Assembly (NCBI GenBank): GCA_965237415.1
Contig: CBDEFM010000001.1
Location: forward strand, 480,001 to 544,000
DNA from: Alphaproteobacteria bacterium
Lineage (GTDB): Bacteria > Pseudomonadota > Alphaproteobacteria > UBA828
Direction of reading: 5' to 3'
Length of the DNA: 64,000 nucleotides
Shown here: piece after piece, positions 31,521-44,896 of the stretch
How positions within the stretch are numbered: the stretch's first letter is position 1
Layout: every line of letters begins with the position of its first letter
Program-made: the position numbers and the translations under genes
Notes under the pieces: model-generated
Told to the model about the DNA's origin: nothing
Databases searched by the model: none
The model's input: the letters and a program-made list of their open reading frames with translations, nothing else

Positions 31521-32441
31521 TTAGTCCCTCCGCGACCAGGGCCGCCGGGGCCGCCGCCCCCAGGGGCCGGATGCGCCGCTCTGGTCCTCCGGCGCGCTGC
31601 CGTTGGGTCGACCGGGGGGCGGCTCCTGCCACGGGGCATCGCCGTCGGCTTCCGGATCGGCGGCCGCATCGGGAGGCGGCTCTTCCCATGGCCCCATTCC
31701 GGGGCTCTCGGCCTCAGGCGGCGGACGGTAGGGCGTCCGCCTCCGTGAGCGTCGGAGACCACGGTCGAAGAGGGGCACGCCGCGCTTCCGCATCGGCAGC
31801 ACCAGCAACGCACCGGCTGCGAAGCCGCCGATGTGGGCGTACCACGCGACCCCGCCGCCGGCCGGGCCGGCGATCAGCGCGTTGAAGACCTGGTAGCCGA
31901 TCCAGAGCCCGAGCACGGCCCAGGCGGGGAAGCGCATCGGCATGAAGAAGACGAGAATCCAGACGCCCCGTTTGGGGTGAAGCAAGAAGTAGGCGCCGAG
32001 CACGCCGGAGACGGCGCCGCTCGCGCCGATGGTGGGGATCTGCGAGGCGGGCTCCACGGCGGCGTGGGTGAGCCCGGCCACCGCGCCGCAGAGGAGATAG
32101 AAGATCGCGAAGCGCCAGTGGCCCATCGCGTCTTCGACGTTGTCGCCGAAAATCCAGAGATAGAGCATGTTGCCGAACAGGTGCCAGAAGCCCCCGTGCA
32201 GGAACATCGAGGTGACGATGGTGAGCCAGGGCGTCACAGCCACCATGTCGGGCTCGCGCCGGAGCTCGCCGAGGACCGTCACGGGGATCATGCCGAGGCG
32301 GAAGACCAGCTCGGCATCGAACTGATCGCCGCCGATGGCCTGGACGATCCAGACCACGGTGCAGGCGGCGATCATCGCCACCGTCACGAACTGAAAGCCG
32401 ATCCGGTGGAGCGGATTGTCGTCTCTGAGCGGCAAGAACAT
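31521..32441 (-). CDS. rhomboid family intramembrane serine protease
   Basis: FLHGGFWHLFGNM, GASGA and AHIGG motifs. Confidence 0.94.
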   Translation of the reverse strand: MFLPLRDDNPLHRIGFQFVTVAMIAACTVVWIVQAIGGDQFDAELVFRLGMIPVTVLGELRREPDMVAVTPWLTIVTSMFLHGGFWHLFGNMLYLWIFGDNVEDAMGHWRFAIFYLLCGAVAGLTHAAVEPASQIPTIGASGAVSGVLGAYFLLHPKRGVWILVFFMPMRFPAWAVLGLWIGYQVFNALIAGPAGGGVAWYAHIGGFAAGALLVLPMRKRGVPLFDRGLRRSRRRTPYRPPPEAESPGMGPWEEPPPDAAADPEADGDAPWQEPPPGRPNGSAPEDQSGASGPWGRRPRRPWSRRD

Positions 32442-33028
32442 GGCTCGACAGACTCAGGCCTATGTCGCCAACTCGCAAGTATGAGGCGTGAAGAGAGAGT
32501 AGCCGCTTTTGCGAAACTGTGGGCGCTCTCCCCTAACCGTTGTCTCGAAAATTGCGAGGCCGGCTCATCCACCCGTGTCAGGGTGCCCGTGTCCCTCTTG
32601 GCGATGACGGCCGCCAAGCCGACCGCTATACTGGATTCTGCAACCTCCAGACCGTGTCCTCGTGGTGCGAACCGGAGGGTTTGCGATGCGGGCGCATCGT
32701 TGAGGAGTGGCGGCGCGTCACTCCGACAGGTGAGCGTGGCACCGCGGGAAGGGAAGCGGTGTTCGATGTGCTCCTCGAGCAAGGCGCTCTTGGGTGCGGT
32801 GGAGCTGTAGCGGAAGCCTGAGGGAACCCCGAGCCAAGCAGTCGGCACGGGAACCACCTCCAGCCAGCCCGATGCCATACTCGGCGGCAATCGTTTTCGA
32901 GCCCCGGTCGGGTAACTCCGACTGGGCATCGGCCTGTCTGGACTAGGTTAACCGACCTCTCCGCACCTCGTGCATAACGGCTCTGACGCGCAGGCCGTCA
33001 CCGACCAACTCGCATTGGGGAGAATGAG

Positions 33029-34171
33029 ATGCCACTTCCAAACGAACCCTGTGGATCGTTACCGAGATCGTCGAAGCTGCAGTCCGCTTACGCTGACTAT
33101 GACGCGGGCAAGATTTCCAAGTCGGACCTTGAAGCTCTGCAAGATGAGGCCGTCCAGGACTCGCTCGAAAGAATGGAGGCAACGGGCCAGGAAATTAATT
33201 GCGATGGCGAACAGCGATGGTCCAGCTTCGCCACCTACCCGATAACGGACACGATGACGGGAACAGGTTTGGTGGACACGCTGGGAGACGGCGGCCAGAT
33301 TTTCGCCTTGTTCCCTGACGGTCATTACAGAAAGCTTCCAAAACTCGTAAAGGGCCCGTTCAAGTACAAGAACTATGCTGCTGAATCGACGAAGAAGGCC
33401 GTTGCGCTCGCCAAGGGTCCGGTCAAACAGGCGGTGATTGCGCCCTCGATGCTGGCGCTACTCTATCCGTTGGACAGCGAGGTCAAAGGCTATACGCACG
33501 AACAGTTCTACGACGATCTCGTCAAGGAGTGCGTCAAGGACGTCAAAATGGCCTTCGCTGCCGGCGCCGCGCGCGTTTCGATCGATTTCACGGAAGGCCG
33601 GCTCGCGTGCAAGAAGGACTCGAACAACCCCTGGACTGGGGCAGGAATGCTGCCTCTGTTCATCGACCTGATAAATCGGGTCCTCGGGGAGTTCACTGCG
33701 GAACAGAGGCTGAATATCGGCGTTCACACATGCCCGGGCAGCGACTGCACGACGACGCACAGTCTCGATGTCGACTACGTTGAGCTATTGCCGGACATGT
33801 TCCGGCTCAACGCAGGGTATTTCTTGATTCAGGCGGCCAGCGAAAACGACCAGGAATATGTCTACAAGCTGATTGGAGAGAATCGGAGAGACGACGCGAA
33901 TGGTGTTCCTCAGACGTGCTTCATCGGCGTCATCGACCCGATCAACCCAGAGGTGGAAAGGCCGCAAGACATCTGCGACGAACTGATGATGGCGGCGCAG
34001 TATATCCCCGCCAACATGCTCGGCGTGACCGACGATTGCGGCTTCCAGCCGTTTAGCAACGATCCAAGACCGAACTACGGATCACCCGACATCGCGCGGG
34101 ACGTTGCCTTCAAGAAAATCACCGCGCGTTTGGAGGGTGCCCGAATGGCGTCGGAGAAGCTGGGAGTCTAG
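33029..34171 (+). CDS. cobalamin-independent methionine synthase II family protein
   Basis: GSLPR, DGEQ, Zn ligands GVHTCPG and TDDCGF; lower GC than neighbours. Confidence 0.85.
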   Translation: MPLPNEPCGSLPRSSKLQSAYADYDAGKISKSDLEALQDEAVQDSLERMEATGQEINCDGEQRWSSFATYPITDTMTGTGLVDTLGDGGQIFALFPDGHYRKLPKLVKGPFKYKNYAAESTKKAVALAKGPVKQAVIAPSMLALLYPLDSEVKGYTHEQFYDDLVKECVKDVKMAFAAGAARVSIDFTEGRLACKKDSNNPWTGAGMLPLFIDLINRVLGEFTAEQRLNIGVHTCPGSDCTTTHSLDVDYVELLPDMFRLNAGYFLIQAASENDQEYVYKLIGENRRDDANGVPQTCFIGVIDPINPEVERPQDICDELMMAAQYIPANMLGVTDDCGFQPFSNDPRPNYGSPDIARDVAFKKITARLEGARMASEKLGV

Positions 34172-34318
34172 TGCCAACTTCGCTTCGCAACCCGGCACGC
34201 CGCACATGAGTGCCGATTGCATCGAAGGCTAGACGACGACCACCCGCGGCACCCCATTAGGGGTGTCCGCGGGTGGCAAACGAGGAGAGCGTAGGCACTT
34301 GGCGCCTGGGCCCGGCAC

Positions 34319-35788
34319 TCAGCCGTCGAGCCTGGCCCGTAGCGCCTCGTTGACCGCCTTCGGGTTGGCCTTGCCGCCCGAGGCCTTCATCACCTGGCCG
34401 ACGAACCAGCCCATCAGCTTCGTCTTGCCGCCGCGATAGTCGGCGACCTTGTCGGGGTTGTCGGTGATCGCCTGATCCACGAGCGCCTCGATCGCGCCCG
34501 TGTCGCTCACCTGCCGGAGCCCCTGCTCCTCGATGATGGTGTCGGCGTCCTTGCCTGTCGAGACCATGGCCTCGAACACGTCCTTGGCCGCGCGGTTGGA
34601 GACCGTGCCGTCCGTCACCCGGTCGATCAGCGCGCCGAGGGCAGCCGCCGAAACCGGGCTCTGCTCGATCCCGACCCCGGCGCGGTTGAGCGCGGCGAAG
34701 AGCGTGCCCGTGACCCAGTTGGCCGCCTGCTTGCCGACGCGGCCGGTCGCGACTTCCTCGAAGTATTCGGCGACCTCGCGCTCCGCCACGAGCACGCCGG
34801 CGTCGTAGGCCGAGAGCCCGTAGTCCTGCATGAAGCGTGCCTTCCTGGCGTCGGGCAGCTCGGGCAGCCGGGCGCGCTCGGCCTCCACCCAGGCGGGGTC
34901 GAGGGTGAGCGGCAGCAGGTCGGGATCGGGGAAGTAGCGGTAGTCGTGGGCCTCCTCCTTGGACCGCATGGAGCGCGTCTCGCCGCGGTCCGCATCGAAG
35001 AGGCGCGTCTCCAGCTCGATTGCGCCGCCATCTTCGAGCACCGCAACCTGGCGCTCGGCCTCGATTTCGATCGCCTTCATGACGAAGCGGACGGAGTTGA
35101 GGTTCTTGACCTCGCAGCGCGTCCCCAGCTCTCCGCCCGGTCGGCGCACCGAGACGTTGACATCGGCGCGCAGCGAGCCCTGTTCCATATTGCCGTCGCA
35201 AGTGCCGATATAGCGAAGGATGGAGCGCAGCTTTCGCAGATAGAGGCCGGCTTCCTCCGGGCTCCTGATGTCGGGTTCGGAGACGATCTCCATCAGCGCG
35301 ATACCGGCGCGGTTGAGGTCGACGCAGGTGGCGTCCGCGCGGCGGTCGTGGATGCTCTTGCCGGCGTCCATCTCCAGGTGCAGCCGGGTGATGCCGATGG
35401 TCCGCTGCGATCCGTCCTCGAGGTCGAGCACGACCCGTCCCTTGCCCACGATGGGCCGCGAGTACTGCGAGATCTGATAGCCGGGCGGCAGGTCCGGGTA
35501 GAAATAGTTCTTGCGGTCGAACACCGAGGTCAAGTTGATCTCGGCTTCCAGCGCGAGCCCCGTGCGCACGGCCTGGGCCACGCAATGGCCGTTGATTACC
35601 GGCAGCATGCCGGGCATCGCCGCATCGACGAGCGAGACCTGGCTGTTGGGCGCGGCGCCGAAGGCTGTGGGCGCGGCGGAGAAGAGTTTGGCCTGCGAGA
35701 TCGCCTGGGCGTGGACCTCCAGCCCGACGGCGATCTCCCACGCGCCGCTCCGCCCGGCGATCCGGTAGTCGCTGCCCTCGCCGCTCAC
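34319..35788 (-). CDS. gatB: Asp-tRNA(Asn)/Glu-tRNA(Gln) amidotransferase subunit B
   Basis: [17 protein letters not shown] and [10 protein letters not shown] motifs. Confidence 0.97.
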   Translation of the reverse strand: MSGEGSDYRIAGRSGAWEIAVGLEVHAQAISQAKLFSAAPTAFGAAPNSQVSLVDAAMPGMLPVINGHCVAQAVRTGLALEAEINLTSVFDRKNYFYPDLPPGYQISQYSRPIVGKGRVVLDLEDGSQRTIGITRLHLEMDAGKSIHDRRADATCVDLNRAGIALMEIVSEPDIRSPEEAGLYLRKLRSILRYIGTCDGNMEQGSLRADVNVSVRRPGGELGTRCEVKNLNSVRFVMKAIEIEAERQVAVLEDGGAIELETRLFDADRGETRSMRSKEEAHDYRYFPDPDLLPLTLDPAWVEAERARLPELPDARKARFMQDYGLSAYDAGVLVAEREVAEYFEEVATGRVGKQAANWVTGTLFAALNRAGVGIEQSPVSAAALGALIDRVTDGTVSNRAAKDVFEAMVSTGKDADTIIEEQGLRQVSDTGAIEALVDQAITDNPDKVADYRGGKTKLMGWFVGQVMKASGGKANPKAVNEALRARLDG

Positions 35789-37272
35789 GCCGCGCCTCCC
35801 GCGCTGCTCCGGTCCGGGCGGTGGGTGAAGCCCGCGGCGCTCTCCAGCACACCCGCCGCACGGAAGAGCGTCGGCTCGTCGAAGGGCCGTGCGATCAGGT
35901 GCAGGCCGAGCGGCAGCCCGTCGTCCGTGAGGCCGGCCGGCACCGAGATCGCGGGGAGACCCGCGAGGCTCGCCGGCACCGTGAACACGTCATTCAGGTA
36001 CATGGCGATGGGGTCGTCCATCTTCTCGCCGATGGCGAAGGCGGCGAAGGGCGCGGTGGGCGTCAGCACCGCGTCCACGCTCTCGAAGGCGGTCTCGAAA
36101 TCGCGCGCGATGAGGGTCCGCACCTTCTGCGCCTTCAGGTAGTAGGCGTCGTAATAACCGGCGGAGAGTACATAGGTGCCGATGAGGATGCGCCGCTTGA
36201 CCTCGCGCCCGAAGCCCGCCGCCCGTGTGCGCGCATACATCTCGGTCGGGTCGTCGCCCTCCACCCGGAGCCCGTAGCGGACGCCGTCGTAGCGCGCGAG
36301 GTTGGAGGAGGCCTCCGCCGGCGCCACGATGTAGTAGGTGGGGAGCGCGTACTTGGTGAGCGGCAGCGAGATGTCCACGACCGTCGCGCCGGCATCGCGG
36401 AACCAGTTGACGCCGTCTTCCCAGAGCGCCTCGATCTCCGCCGGCATGCCCTCCATCCTGTATTCCGCCGGCACGCCGATGGTGAGATCGCGCACGTCGC
36501 CGGTGAGGCTCGCCGTGTAGTCGGGGACCGGGCGGTCGATGGAGGTGGAATCCTTGGGATCGTGACCCGCCATCGCCTGCAGCATGAGGGCGGCATCCTC
36601 GACCGTGCGGGTGAGCGGCCCGGCCTGGTCGAGCGAGGAGGCAAAGGCGATCATCCCCCAGCGCGAGCAGCGACCGTAGGTGGGTTTCATACCGACGATG
36701 CCGCAGAAGGCCGCCGGCTGGCGGATCGAGCCGCCGGTATCGGTCCCGGTGGCGCCCAGGCAGAGCCCCGCGGCCACCGCCGCCGCCGAGCCGCCGGAGC
36801 TGCCGCCCGGCACCAGCGGCTTGTCATCGCCCTGCCGGCGCCAGGGGTTGATCACCGGGCCGTCGGCGCTGGTCACGTTGGCCGAGCCCATGGCGAACTC
36901 GTCCATGTTGGTCTTGCCCAGCATGAGCGCGCCCGCCGCCCACAGATTGGCGGTGACGGTCGATTCGTAGGGCGGCACGAAGCCGTCGAGTATCTTGGAG
37001 CAGGCTTGGCTGCGCGCCCCGCGGGTGCAGAAGAGGTCCTTGACGGCGAGCGGAATGCCTTCGAGATGGCGCCCCTCGCCGGCCGCGAGTCGCCGATCGG
37101 CTTCGTCCGCCGCGGCGCGCGCTTGATCGAAAGTCTCGGCGACGAAGGCGTTGAGGTCGCGTCCGGCCTCGACGGCTGCGATGTGCGCGTCAACCAGCTC
37201 GCGCGCCGAGACCTCGCGCGCGGCGAGCCCGGCGCGGGCTTCGGCGATGGTGAGCGCGGTGAGGTCGCTCAC
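35785..37272 (-). CDS. gatA: amidotransferase subunit A
   Basis: [28 protein letters not shown] and SSNLARYDG motifs. Confidence 0.97.
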   Translation of the reverse strand: MSDLTALTIAEARAGLAAREVSARELVDAHIAAVEAGRDLNAFVAETFDQARAAADEADRRLAAGEGRHLEGIPLAVKDLFCTRGARSQACSKILDGFVPPYESTVTANLWAAGALMLGKTNMDEFAMGSANVTSADGPVINPWRRQGDDKPLVPGGSSGGSAAAVAAGLCLGATGTDTGGSIRQPAAFCGIVGMKPTYGRCSRWGMIAFASSLDQAGPLTRTVEDAALMLQAMAGHDPKDSTSIDRPVPDYTASLTGDVRDLTIGVPAEYRMEGMPAEIEALWEDGVNWFRDAGATVVDISLPLTKYALPTYYIVAPAEASSNLARYDGVRYGLRVEGDDPTEMYARTRAAGFGREVKRRILIGTYVLSAGYYDAYYLKAQKVRTLIARDFETAFESVDAVLTPTAPFAAFAIGEKMDDPIAMYLNDVFTVPASLAGLPAISVPAGLTDDGLPLGLHLIARPFDEPTLFRAAGVLESAAGFTHRPDRSSAGGAA

Positions 37273-37556
37273 TCGAGCACCCTGGGGACGACGAAGAAGT
37301 TGTCGTCGGCCTCCGGCGCGTTGGCGAGCAATTCGTCGGTCTGCGCGCCGGCCGACGGCCGGTCCTCCCGTTGCGGGAGCGTCGCGGCGATGGCGCCGGT
37401 CATCGGCTCGACGCCCTCGGTATCGACCTCGCCCAACTGCTCGACCCAGGCGAGGATGCCGTTCAGCTCCTGCGCCATGGGTTCGAGCGCGTCGTCCTCC
37501 ATCGCGATGCGCGAGAGGCGGGCGATCCGCACCACGGTGTCCTTGTCGATGGTCAT
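37269..37556 (-). CDS. gatC: amidotransferase subunit C
   Basis: [17 protein letters not shown]...FFVVPRVLE; directly upstream of gatA. Confidence 0.95.
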   Translation of the reverse strand: MTIDKDTVVRIARLSRIAMEDDALEPMAQELNGILAWVEQLGEVDTEGVEPMTGAIAATLPQREDRPSAGAQTDELLANAPEADDNFFVVPRVLE

Positions 37557-38698
37557 GACCGAACGAGACCCGTTGAGTCCTGCCAGCGGGCGAGCACGTC
37601 CGGCGCGCTCACGTAATCGACGGGCGGACGCGGCGGCGGGGGTTCGCCGTCGATCCAGCCGGGGAAGAGAATTTCGTAAGCCGGCGTCGGCGTATCGTGC
37701 CGGCGCAGCATCTGCCGTGCCTTGATCTGCGGATGGTCCGGCACGTCCTCCAGGCGATGGACCGGCTCGTAGCAGCAGTCGACGCCTTCCATGAGCCGGT
37801 TCATCTCGTCGAGGGTCCGCGCCTGGACGAAGGCGGCGACCTCGCCGATCAGCGCCTCTTGCGGCCGGGGCTCCCACTGCCGCTCGATCCACTCCGGCCG
37901 GCTGCAGGCGGTGCAAAAGTTGGCCCAAAACTTGTCTTCGAGCGCGCCGAGCGTGATGAAGCGGCCGTCACTGGTCTCGTAGATGTTGTAGAACGCGGCC
38001 CCTCCATTGGGAAACTGCGCCGCTCGCTGGGCGTCCCATTCCTTGTGGAAGAGCCCGTTAAGCGCCCAGACCTGCCAGGGCAGCACGGTCTCGGCAATGC
38101 TGACGTCGATGGTGGCGCCGCGCCCCGCTTCGTTCCGGCTGCGGCCGAGCAGCCCGCCCATGATACTGAGCGCGGCCTGCATCCCGCTCGCGAAGTCGGC
38201 GGTCGGCGGGAAGGAGACCACCGGCCGCTCGGGCACGCCGGAGCGCTCCAGCCCGCCCATCAAGCCCATGTAGTTGATGTCGTGCCCGCCCCGCAGGCGA
38301 TAGGGCCCTTCGAGACCCCAGCCCGAGAGCGAGCAGGAGACGATGCCGGGGTTCATCTCGTGCAGCGCCTCATGGCCGAAGCCGAGGCGGTCGAGCACGC
38401 CCGGCCGGTAGGATTCGAGAAAGGCATCCGACTGCTCCACCAGGGCGTGGAAGTCGCGCTTGCCGTCCTCGGACTTGAGGTCGATCTCGACCACGGTCTT
38501 GCCGCCGTTGACCATACGGTACCAGATCGAGACGCCGGTCTCGTCCTTAGGGCCAACGCCCCGCATGGGCTCGCCGCCGGGCGGCTCGACCTTGATCACC
38601 TCCGCGCCGAGGTCGGCTAGAATCAGGGTCCCGTACGGCCCAGGGATGTACTGGCTGAGGTCGAGGACTCTCAGCCCGGTAAGGAAGGGGATGGGCAC
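37553..38698 (-). CDS. CoA transferase family III (CaiB/BaiF)
   Basis: [19 protein letters not shown] and GHDINY motifs. Confidence 0.92.
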   Translation of the reverse strand: MPIPFLTGLRVLDLSQYIPGPYGTLILADLGAEVIKVEPPGGEPMRGVGPKDETGVSIWYRMVNGGKTVVEIDLKSEDGKRDFHALVEQSDAFLESYRPGVLDRLGFGHEALHEMNPGIVSCSLSGWGLEGPYRLRGGHDINYMGLMGGLERSGVPERPVVSFPPTADFASGMQAALSIMGGLLGRSRNEAGRGATIDVSIAETVLPWQVWALNGLFHKEWDAQRAAQFPNGGAAFYNIYETSDGRFITLGALEDKFWANFCTACSRPEWIERQWEPRPQEALIGEVAAFVQARTLDEMNRLMEGVDCCYEPVHRLEDVPDHPQIKARQMLRRHDTPTPAYEILFPGWIDGEPPPPRPPVDYVSAPDVLARWQDSTGLVRS

Positions 38699-38716
38699 TG
38701 CGCGGAGTGCAGTCGG

Positions 38717-41059
<2,343 letters not shown>

Positions 41060-41066
41060 GCGCCGG

Positions 41067-41393
41067 CTACTCCTTCTCCATCGTGCACTGCAGCGGGTGT
41101 TCGTTGCGCCGCGCAAAATCACACACCTGCTTCACCTTGGTCTCGGCAATTTCATAGGAATAGACGCCGCAGATGCCGACCCCGCGCCGATGGACGTGCA
41201 GCATGATCGTGGTCGCGCGCTGCTCGTCCATCCCAAAGATGCGCATCAGCACGATGACCACGAACTCCATCGGCGTGTAGTCGTCGTTCAGCAGCAAGAC
41301 CTTGTACATGGAGGGCTTCTTGGTCTCGCTGCGAGACTTGGTGATGACCGCGGAATCGTCGCCGGGCCGACCGGTTTTCCGTTGATCCGACAT
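41067..41393 (-). CDS. clpS: Clp protease adaptor ClpS
   Basis: [16 protein letters not shown] and HPLQC motifs. Confidence 0.97.
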   Translation of the reverse strand: MSDQRKTGRPGDDSAVITKSRSETKKPSMYKVLLLNDDYTPMEFVVIVLMRIFGMDEQRATTIMLHVHRRGVGICGVYSYEIAETKVKQVCDFARRNEHPLQCTMEKE

Positions 41394-41483
41394 TGCACAC
41401 CACACCCCGCGTTCGCCACGCGTGCTGGCCTGCACTATAGCATGGAGGCCGGGTGCGCGGGACGGGCCAGGCCAGCCGCAGGC

Positions 41484-41906
41484 TCAGCCGACGATATCGG
41501 TCTCCGCGAAGAAGAAGGCGATCTCGATGGCCGCGTTCTCCGGCGAATCCGAGCCGTGCACGGAGTTGGCCTCCACCGACTCGCCGAATTCCTTGCGGAT
41601 GGTGCCAGGGTCGGCGTTGGCCGGGTTGGTCGCACCCATGATCGTGCGATTGGCCTCGACCGCGTTCTCGCCCTGGAGCACCTGAACCACCACGGGGCCC
41701 GAGGTCATGTAGGCGCAGAGATCGTCGTAGAAGGAGCGCTCCTCGTGGACCGCGTAGAAGGCGCGGGCCTGCGCCTCCGTCAGTCTGACCCGGCGCTGGG
41801 CGACGATGGCCAGTCCGCTTTCCTCGAAGCGCTTGTTGATCGCGCCGGTGAGGTTGCGGCGGGTGGCATCGGGCTTGATGATCGAAAGGGTGCGCTGGGT
41901 CGCCAT
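41484..41906 (-). CDS. ndk: nucleoside-diphosphate kinase
   Basis: [10 protein letters not shown] and NSVHGSDS motifs. Confidence 0.97.
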   Translation of the reverse strand: MATQRTLSIIKPDATRRNLTGAINKRFEESGLAIVAQRRVRLTEAQARAFYAVHEERSFYDDLCAYMTSGPVVVQVLQGENAVEANRTIMGATNPANADPGTIRKEFGESVEANSVHGSDSPENAAIEIAFFFAETDIVG

Positions 41907-41978
41907 GGGTTCTCCCCCGTGCTGTGACGGCTGGCCCTTATAGAGAGTCGGCCCCCGGCCGGCAACGCCGGCGACGGG

Positions 41979-42434
41979 CTAGCGGCGCTCTTTGAAAAAG
42001 CCTCGAAGCAGCTCGGCAGCCCGGCTCTCCTGTATGCCGCCGATGACCTCGGGCCGGTGATGGCAGGTGGGCTGCTGAAAGACGCGGGCACCGTGCTCGA
42101 CCCCGCCGCCCTTGGGGTCCGCCGCGCCGAAGTAGAGCCGCCGCAGCCGGGCGAAGGCGATTGCTTGGGCGCACATGGCGCAGGGTTCCAGCGTGACGTA
42201 GATGTCGCAGTCGACGAGCCGCGCCGTGCCCCGTTCGGCCGCGGCGGCGCGGATGGCCAGCATCTCGGCGTGCGCCGTCGGATCGCGGCCGGATTCCACC
42301 CCGTTGCCGGCCCGCGCCAACACCGCCCCGGTGCTCCCATCGACCACCACCGCGCCCACGGGCACTTCGCCCCGGTCGCGGGCCGCCTCGGCTTCGGCCA
42401 TGGCGAGGTCCATGGGCGAGGGCCGGGTCGTCAC
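41979..42434 (-). CDS. tadA: tRNA adenosine deaminase family
   Basis: GEVPVGAV, DPTAHAE and TLEPCAMC motifs; start may instead be the ATG at 42413. Confidence 0.9.
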   Translation of the reverse strand: MTTRPSPMDLAMAEAEAARDRGEVPVGAVVVDGSTGAVLARAGNGVESGRDPTAHAEMLAIRAAAAERGTARLVDCDIYVTLEPCAMCAQAIAFARLRRLYFGAADPKGGGVEHGARVFQQPTCHHRPEVIGGIQESRAAELLRGFFKERR

Positions 42435-42853
42435 GGAGTTGCCTTGTCAAGTGACTGAATGAAATGGATGCCGCGAACGTGCTTCCTGCTCAGACGATCG
42501 TCGTTGGTGACGAACAGGTCCACGTTCGCCGCCGCCGCGCAGGCAAGCTGGATCGCATCCGGCGCCCGGATTGAACGGTCCCGGCGAATGTCTGCGAAGC
42601 GCCGCGCGGCACGCTGATCGAACGGCAGCACCGTCGCCCCTGCTTCGATGGCATGCTCGTACCGGCGCATAAGCGCCTCGTCGCCCGCCTCCATGGGCTT
42701 CACCAACACCTCGCCGAGGGTGAGCGCGGAGGTCAGCATCTCGTCCTCGCGTTCGATCATCCATTGGCGCAGGGCCACGACCTGCTCGGCCCGCTCGCCC
42801 CGATCTTCCAACAGATACACGAAGAGGTTCGTGTCCCAGAAAATCTTGCTCAA
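42431..42853 (-). CDS. vapC: PIN-domain toxin (VapC family)
   Basis: KIFWDTNLFVY, TLGEVL, PDAIQLA and TND acidic PIN motifs; TTG start overlaps the upstream TGA. Confidence 0.85.
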   Translation of the reverse strand: MSKIFWDTNLFVYLLEDRGERAEQVVALRQWMIEREDEMLTSALTLGEVLVKPMEAGDEALMRRYEHAIEAGATVLPFDQRAARRFADIRRDRSIRAPDAIQLACAAAANVDLFVTNDDRLSRKHVRGIHFIQSLDKATP

Positions 42854-43335
42854 CGCCAGCCCTCGCGCAGACGGCCGACGTAGGCGTCGGCGTCCTCGTG
42901 CGCCCAGACCGCCTTGCCCATCCCGCGCAAGGAGAGAATCGGATCGATGTCGTCTCCGCCATGGGCGCCCGCGTATTCGCGGCGATACCACTGGAGCAGT
43001 TCGCCGTAGGTCGGCGGAATCTCGCGCGCATCGGGGACATCCTTGCCAGAAGCACGCAGCGGGTGGCACGGATCGCCCGGCCTGAAGAGGCGCCGGCGCC
43101 CCTTCGCCGTCTCGACAAGCATGCGGTAGCGCCCCGGATTGGGCGCCTTGTTGGCGACGCAATGCAGGTACGCGTGCACCTGCACGCCGGGCCGCAATCG
43201 CCCGGCGCCGGCCACCTTCTCGGCCTCGGCCCGTCGGACGATCTCTCCGACCGTGAAGTCGTCGCGCTCGGGGTGCTGGCGGTGCAGCAGCGCCGTCGCG
43301 ATCCATACTTCGTCGGCGACGCGGATACTCGCCAT
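42850..43335 (-). CDS. putative antitoxin, 161 aa with VapB-like tail
   Basis: Coupled to the PIN gene; C-terminal LRGMGKAVWAHEDADAYVGRLREGW resembles VapB neutralising tails. Confidence 0.6.
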   Translation of the reverse strand: MASIRVADEVWIATALLHRQHPERDDFTVGEIVRRAEAEKVAGAGRLRPGVQVHAYLHCVANKAPNPGRYRMLVETAKGRRRLFRPGDPCHPLRASGKDVPDAREIPPTYGELLQWYRREYAGAHGGDDIDPILSLRGMGKAVWAHEDADAYVGRLREGWR

Positions 43336-43471
43336 GTCAACTCCCAAATCAACGTCTACTTGGTAAACATAGTGAGGTTGGCCAATTCGAGCAACATCGG
43401 ATTCGGGCGCGACGTGCCAACCGTCGGTGGAGTGTCTCCCCCTGGTCGCGCGTTCAGGCTACAGTCGGCGC

Positions 43472-44185
43472 ATGGCTCAGCCCGTCATCGGCCTCACGCT
43501 CGATTCCGAGCCGCCCGGCGGCTATTCCGGCGAGCCTTGGTATGCGATCCGCGAGAACTACTGCACCGCGGTCGCAGCGGCCGGCGGGATTCCGATCGCA
43601 TTGCCGCACGAGCCGGAGCTTGCGGAGCGCTATCTGGAGACGGTGGACGGCCTCATCATCACCGGCGGCGCCTTCGACGTGGACCCGACCCTCTTCGGCG
43701 CCACCTTGCGGCACGAAACCGTCACCACCAAGGACCGCCGCACCGCCTTCGAGCTTGCCATCACCCGCGCCGCGCATCGGGGGGCGGTGCCCTCGCTCGG
43801 CATCTGCGGCGGCCAACAGCTGATGAATGTGGCGCTGGGCGGCACGCTCATCCAGCACATTCCGGATGCGGTGCCGGACGCGCTCGCTCACGAGCAGCCC
43901 AACCCGCGCACCGAAGCGGGCCACGCCGTGTCGCTGGAGGCCGAAAGCCGGCTGCGGTCCATCGTCGGCACGGAGGCCATGCAGGTGAACAGCGCCCATC
44001 ACCAGGCGGTGGCGGTGACGGCCCCCGGTCTCGTGGTCAATGCGCTGGCGCCTGACGGTGTGATCGAGGGCATCGAGGACCCGGCGCACCGCTGGTTCAT
44101 CGGCGTGCAGTGGCACCCGGAATACGCGATCGACCCCGGCGACGCGCGCATCTTCCGCTCGCTGATCGAGGCTTGTACCCGCTAA
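43472..44185 (+). CDS. gamma-glutamyl-gamma-aminobutyrate hydrolase family (peptidase C26)
   Basis: LGICGGQQ, VNSAHHQ and VQWHPE motifs. Confidence 0.92.
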   Translation: MAQPVIGLTLDSEPPGGYSGEPWYAIRENYCTAVAAAGGIPIALPHEPELAERYLETVDGLIITGGAFDVDPTLFGATLRHETVTTKDRRTAFELAITRAAHRGAVPSLGICGGQQLMNVALGGTLIQHIPDAVPDALAHEQPNPRTEAGHAVSLEAESRLRSIVGTEAMQVNSAHHQAVAVTAPGLVVNALAPDGVIEGIEDPAHRWFIGVQWHPEYAIDPGDARIFRSLIEACTR

Positions 44186-44215
44186 CCCCCGCCGCGAGTG
44201 GCAACAGGGGAATAA

Positions 44216-44839
44216 CTAGTTCGGACCCCAGTCGAACGGCGCGTAGTGGCCGTTGTGGCCGCCCACGGCATCGTCCCAATCGATGCCGAAGGCGTGCAGG
44301 TGGCTGTGGGTCCCGATGGCGAGGTGCAGGCGCTTGTTGGCGGGATGCCCGGTGTTGTCGATCATGATGGTCTCGGACGGGTCCGGCAGGCTGGGCACGC
44401 CCTCGGCCCCGTGGCTCAGCAGATCGCCGGCGGTGATCGAAAAACCCATCTTCCGCCGCTCGATCGCGATCGGGGCCCGCTCGATGCCGGCGAAGGTGCC
44501 GATGAGCGGCGCCATCAACGCCATGGGGCCGCCCTCGTCGCCCGAGCAGATGCGGCCGATGGCGTCCACTTGGCTGTCGCTCGCCTCGTCGTCGATGATG
44601 AGGCCCACGGTCCAGTTGCCGTCGCCCATGGGCCCGGCCACCATTGCCGCGGTGACGAAGGTCACGCCGCCGAGCTGCACATCGCCGTAGTGACCCTCCG
44701 CGATATCCAACACGATCGCGACCTTGCAGATGCCGTCGGTCGGCATCGCGGTCATGTTGGTGAAGATGCAGGGGCACAGGTAGTCGCAGTTGCAGGTCTC
44801 GAAATAGTCGCCCTTGATATGCCAGTCAGCCCCGCTCAT
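44216..44839 (-). CDS. DUF1326 domain protein
   Basis: GDYFETCNCDYLCPC N-terminal cysteine motif. Confidence 0.85.
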   Translation of the reverse strand: MSGADWHIKGDYFETCNCDYLCPCIFTNMTAMPTDGICKVAIVLDIAEGHYGDVQLGGVTFVTAAMVAGPMGDGNWTVGLIIDDEASDSQVDAIGRICSGDEGGPMALMAPLIGTFAGIERAPIAIERRKMGFSITAGDLLSHGAEGVPSLPDPSETIMIDNTGHPANKRLHLAIGTHSHLHAFGIDWDDAVGGHNGHYAPFDWGPN

Positions 44840-44896
44840 GGCCGTGCCCTCCATCTCGCTGCTGCCCGAGCATAGCACGGCGCGCGCCGGTTTCGC

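Noticed and set aside
32745-32880. Cobalamin riboswitch upstream of the methionine synthase-like gene
   Set aside because: AGGGAAgcGGTG is present, but the pairing TCCG, GCCACTG and AGxCAGxAGACC elements are not
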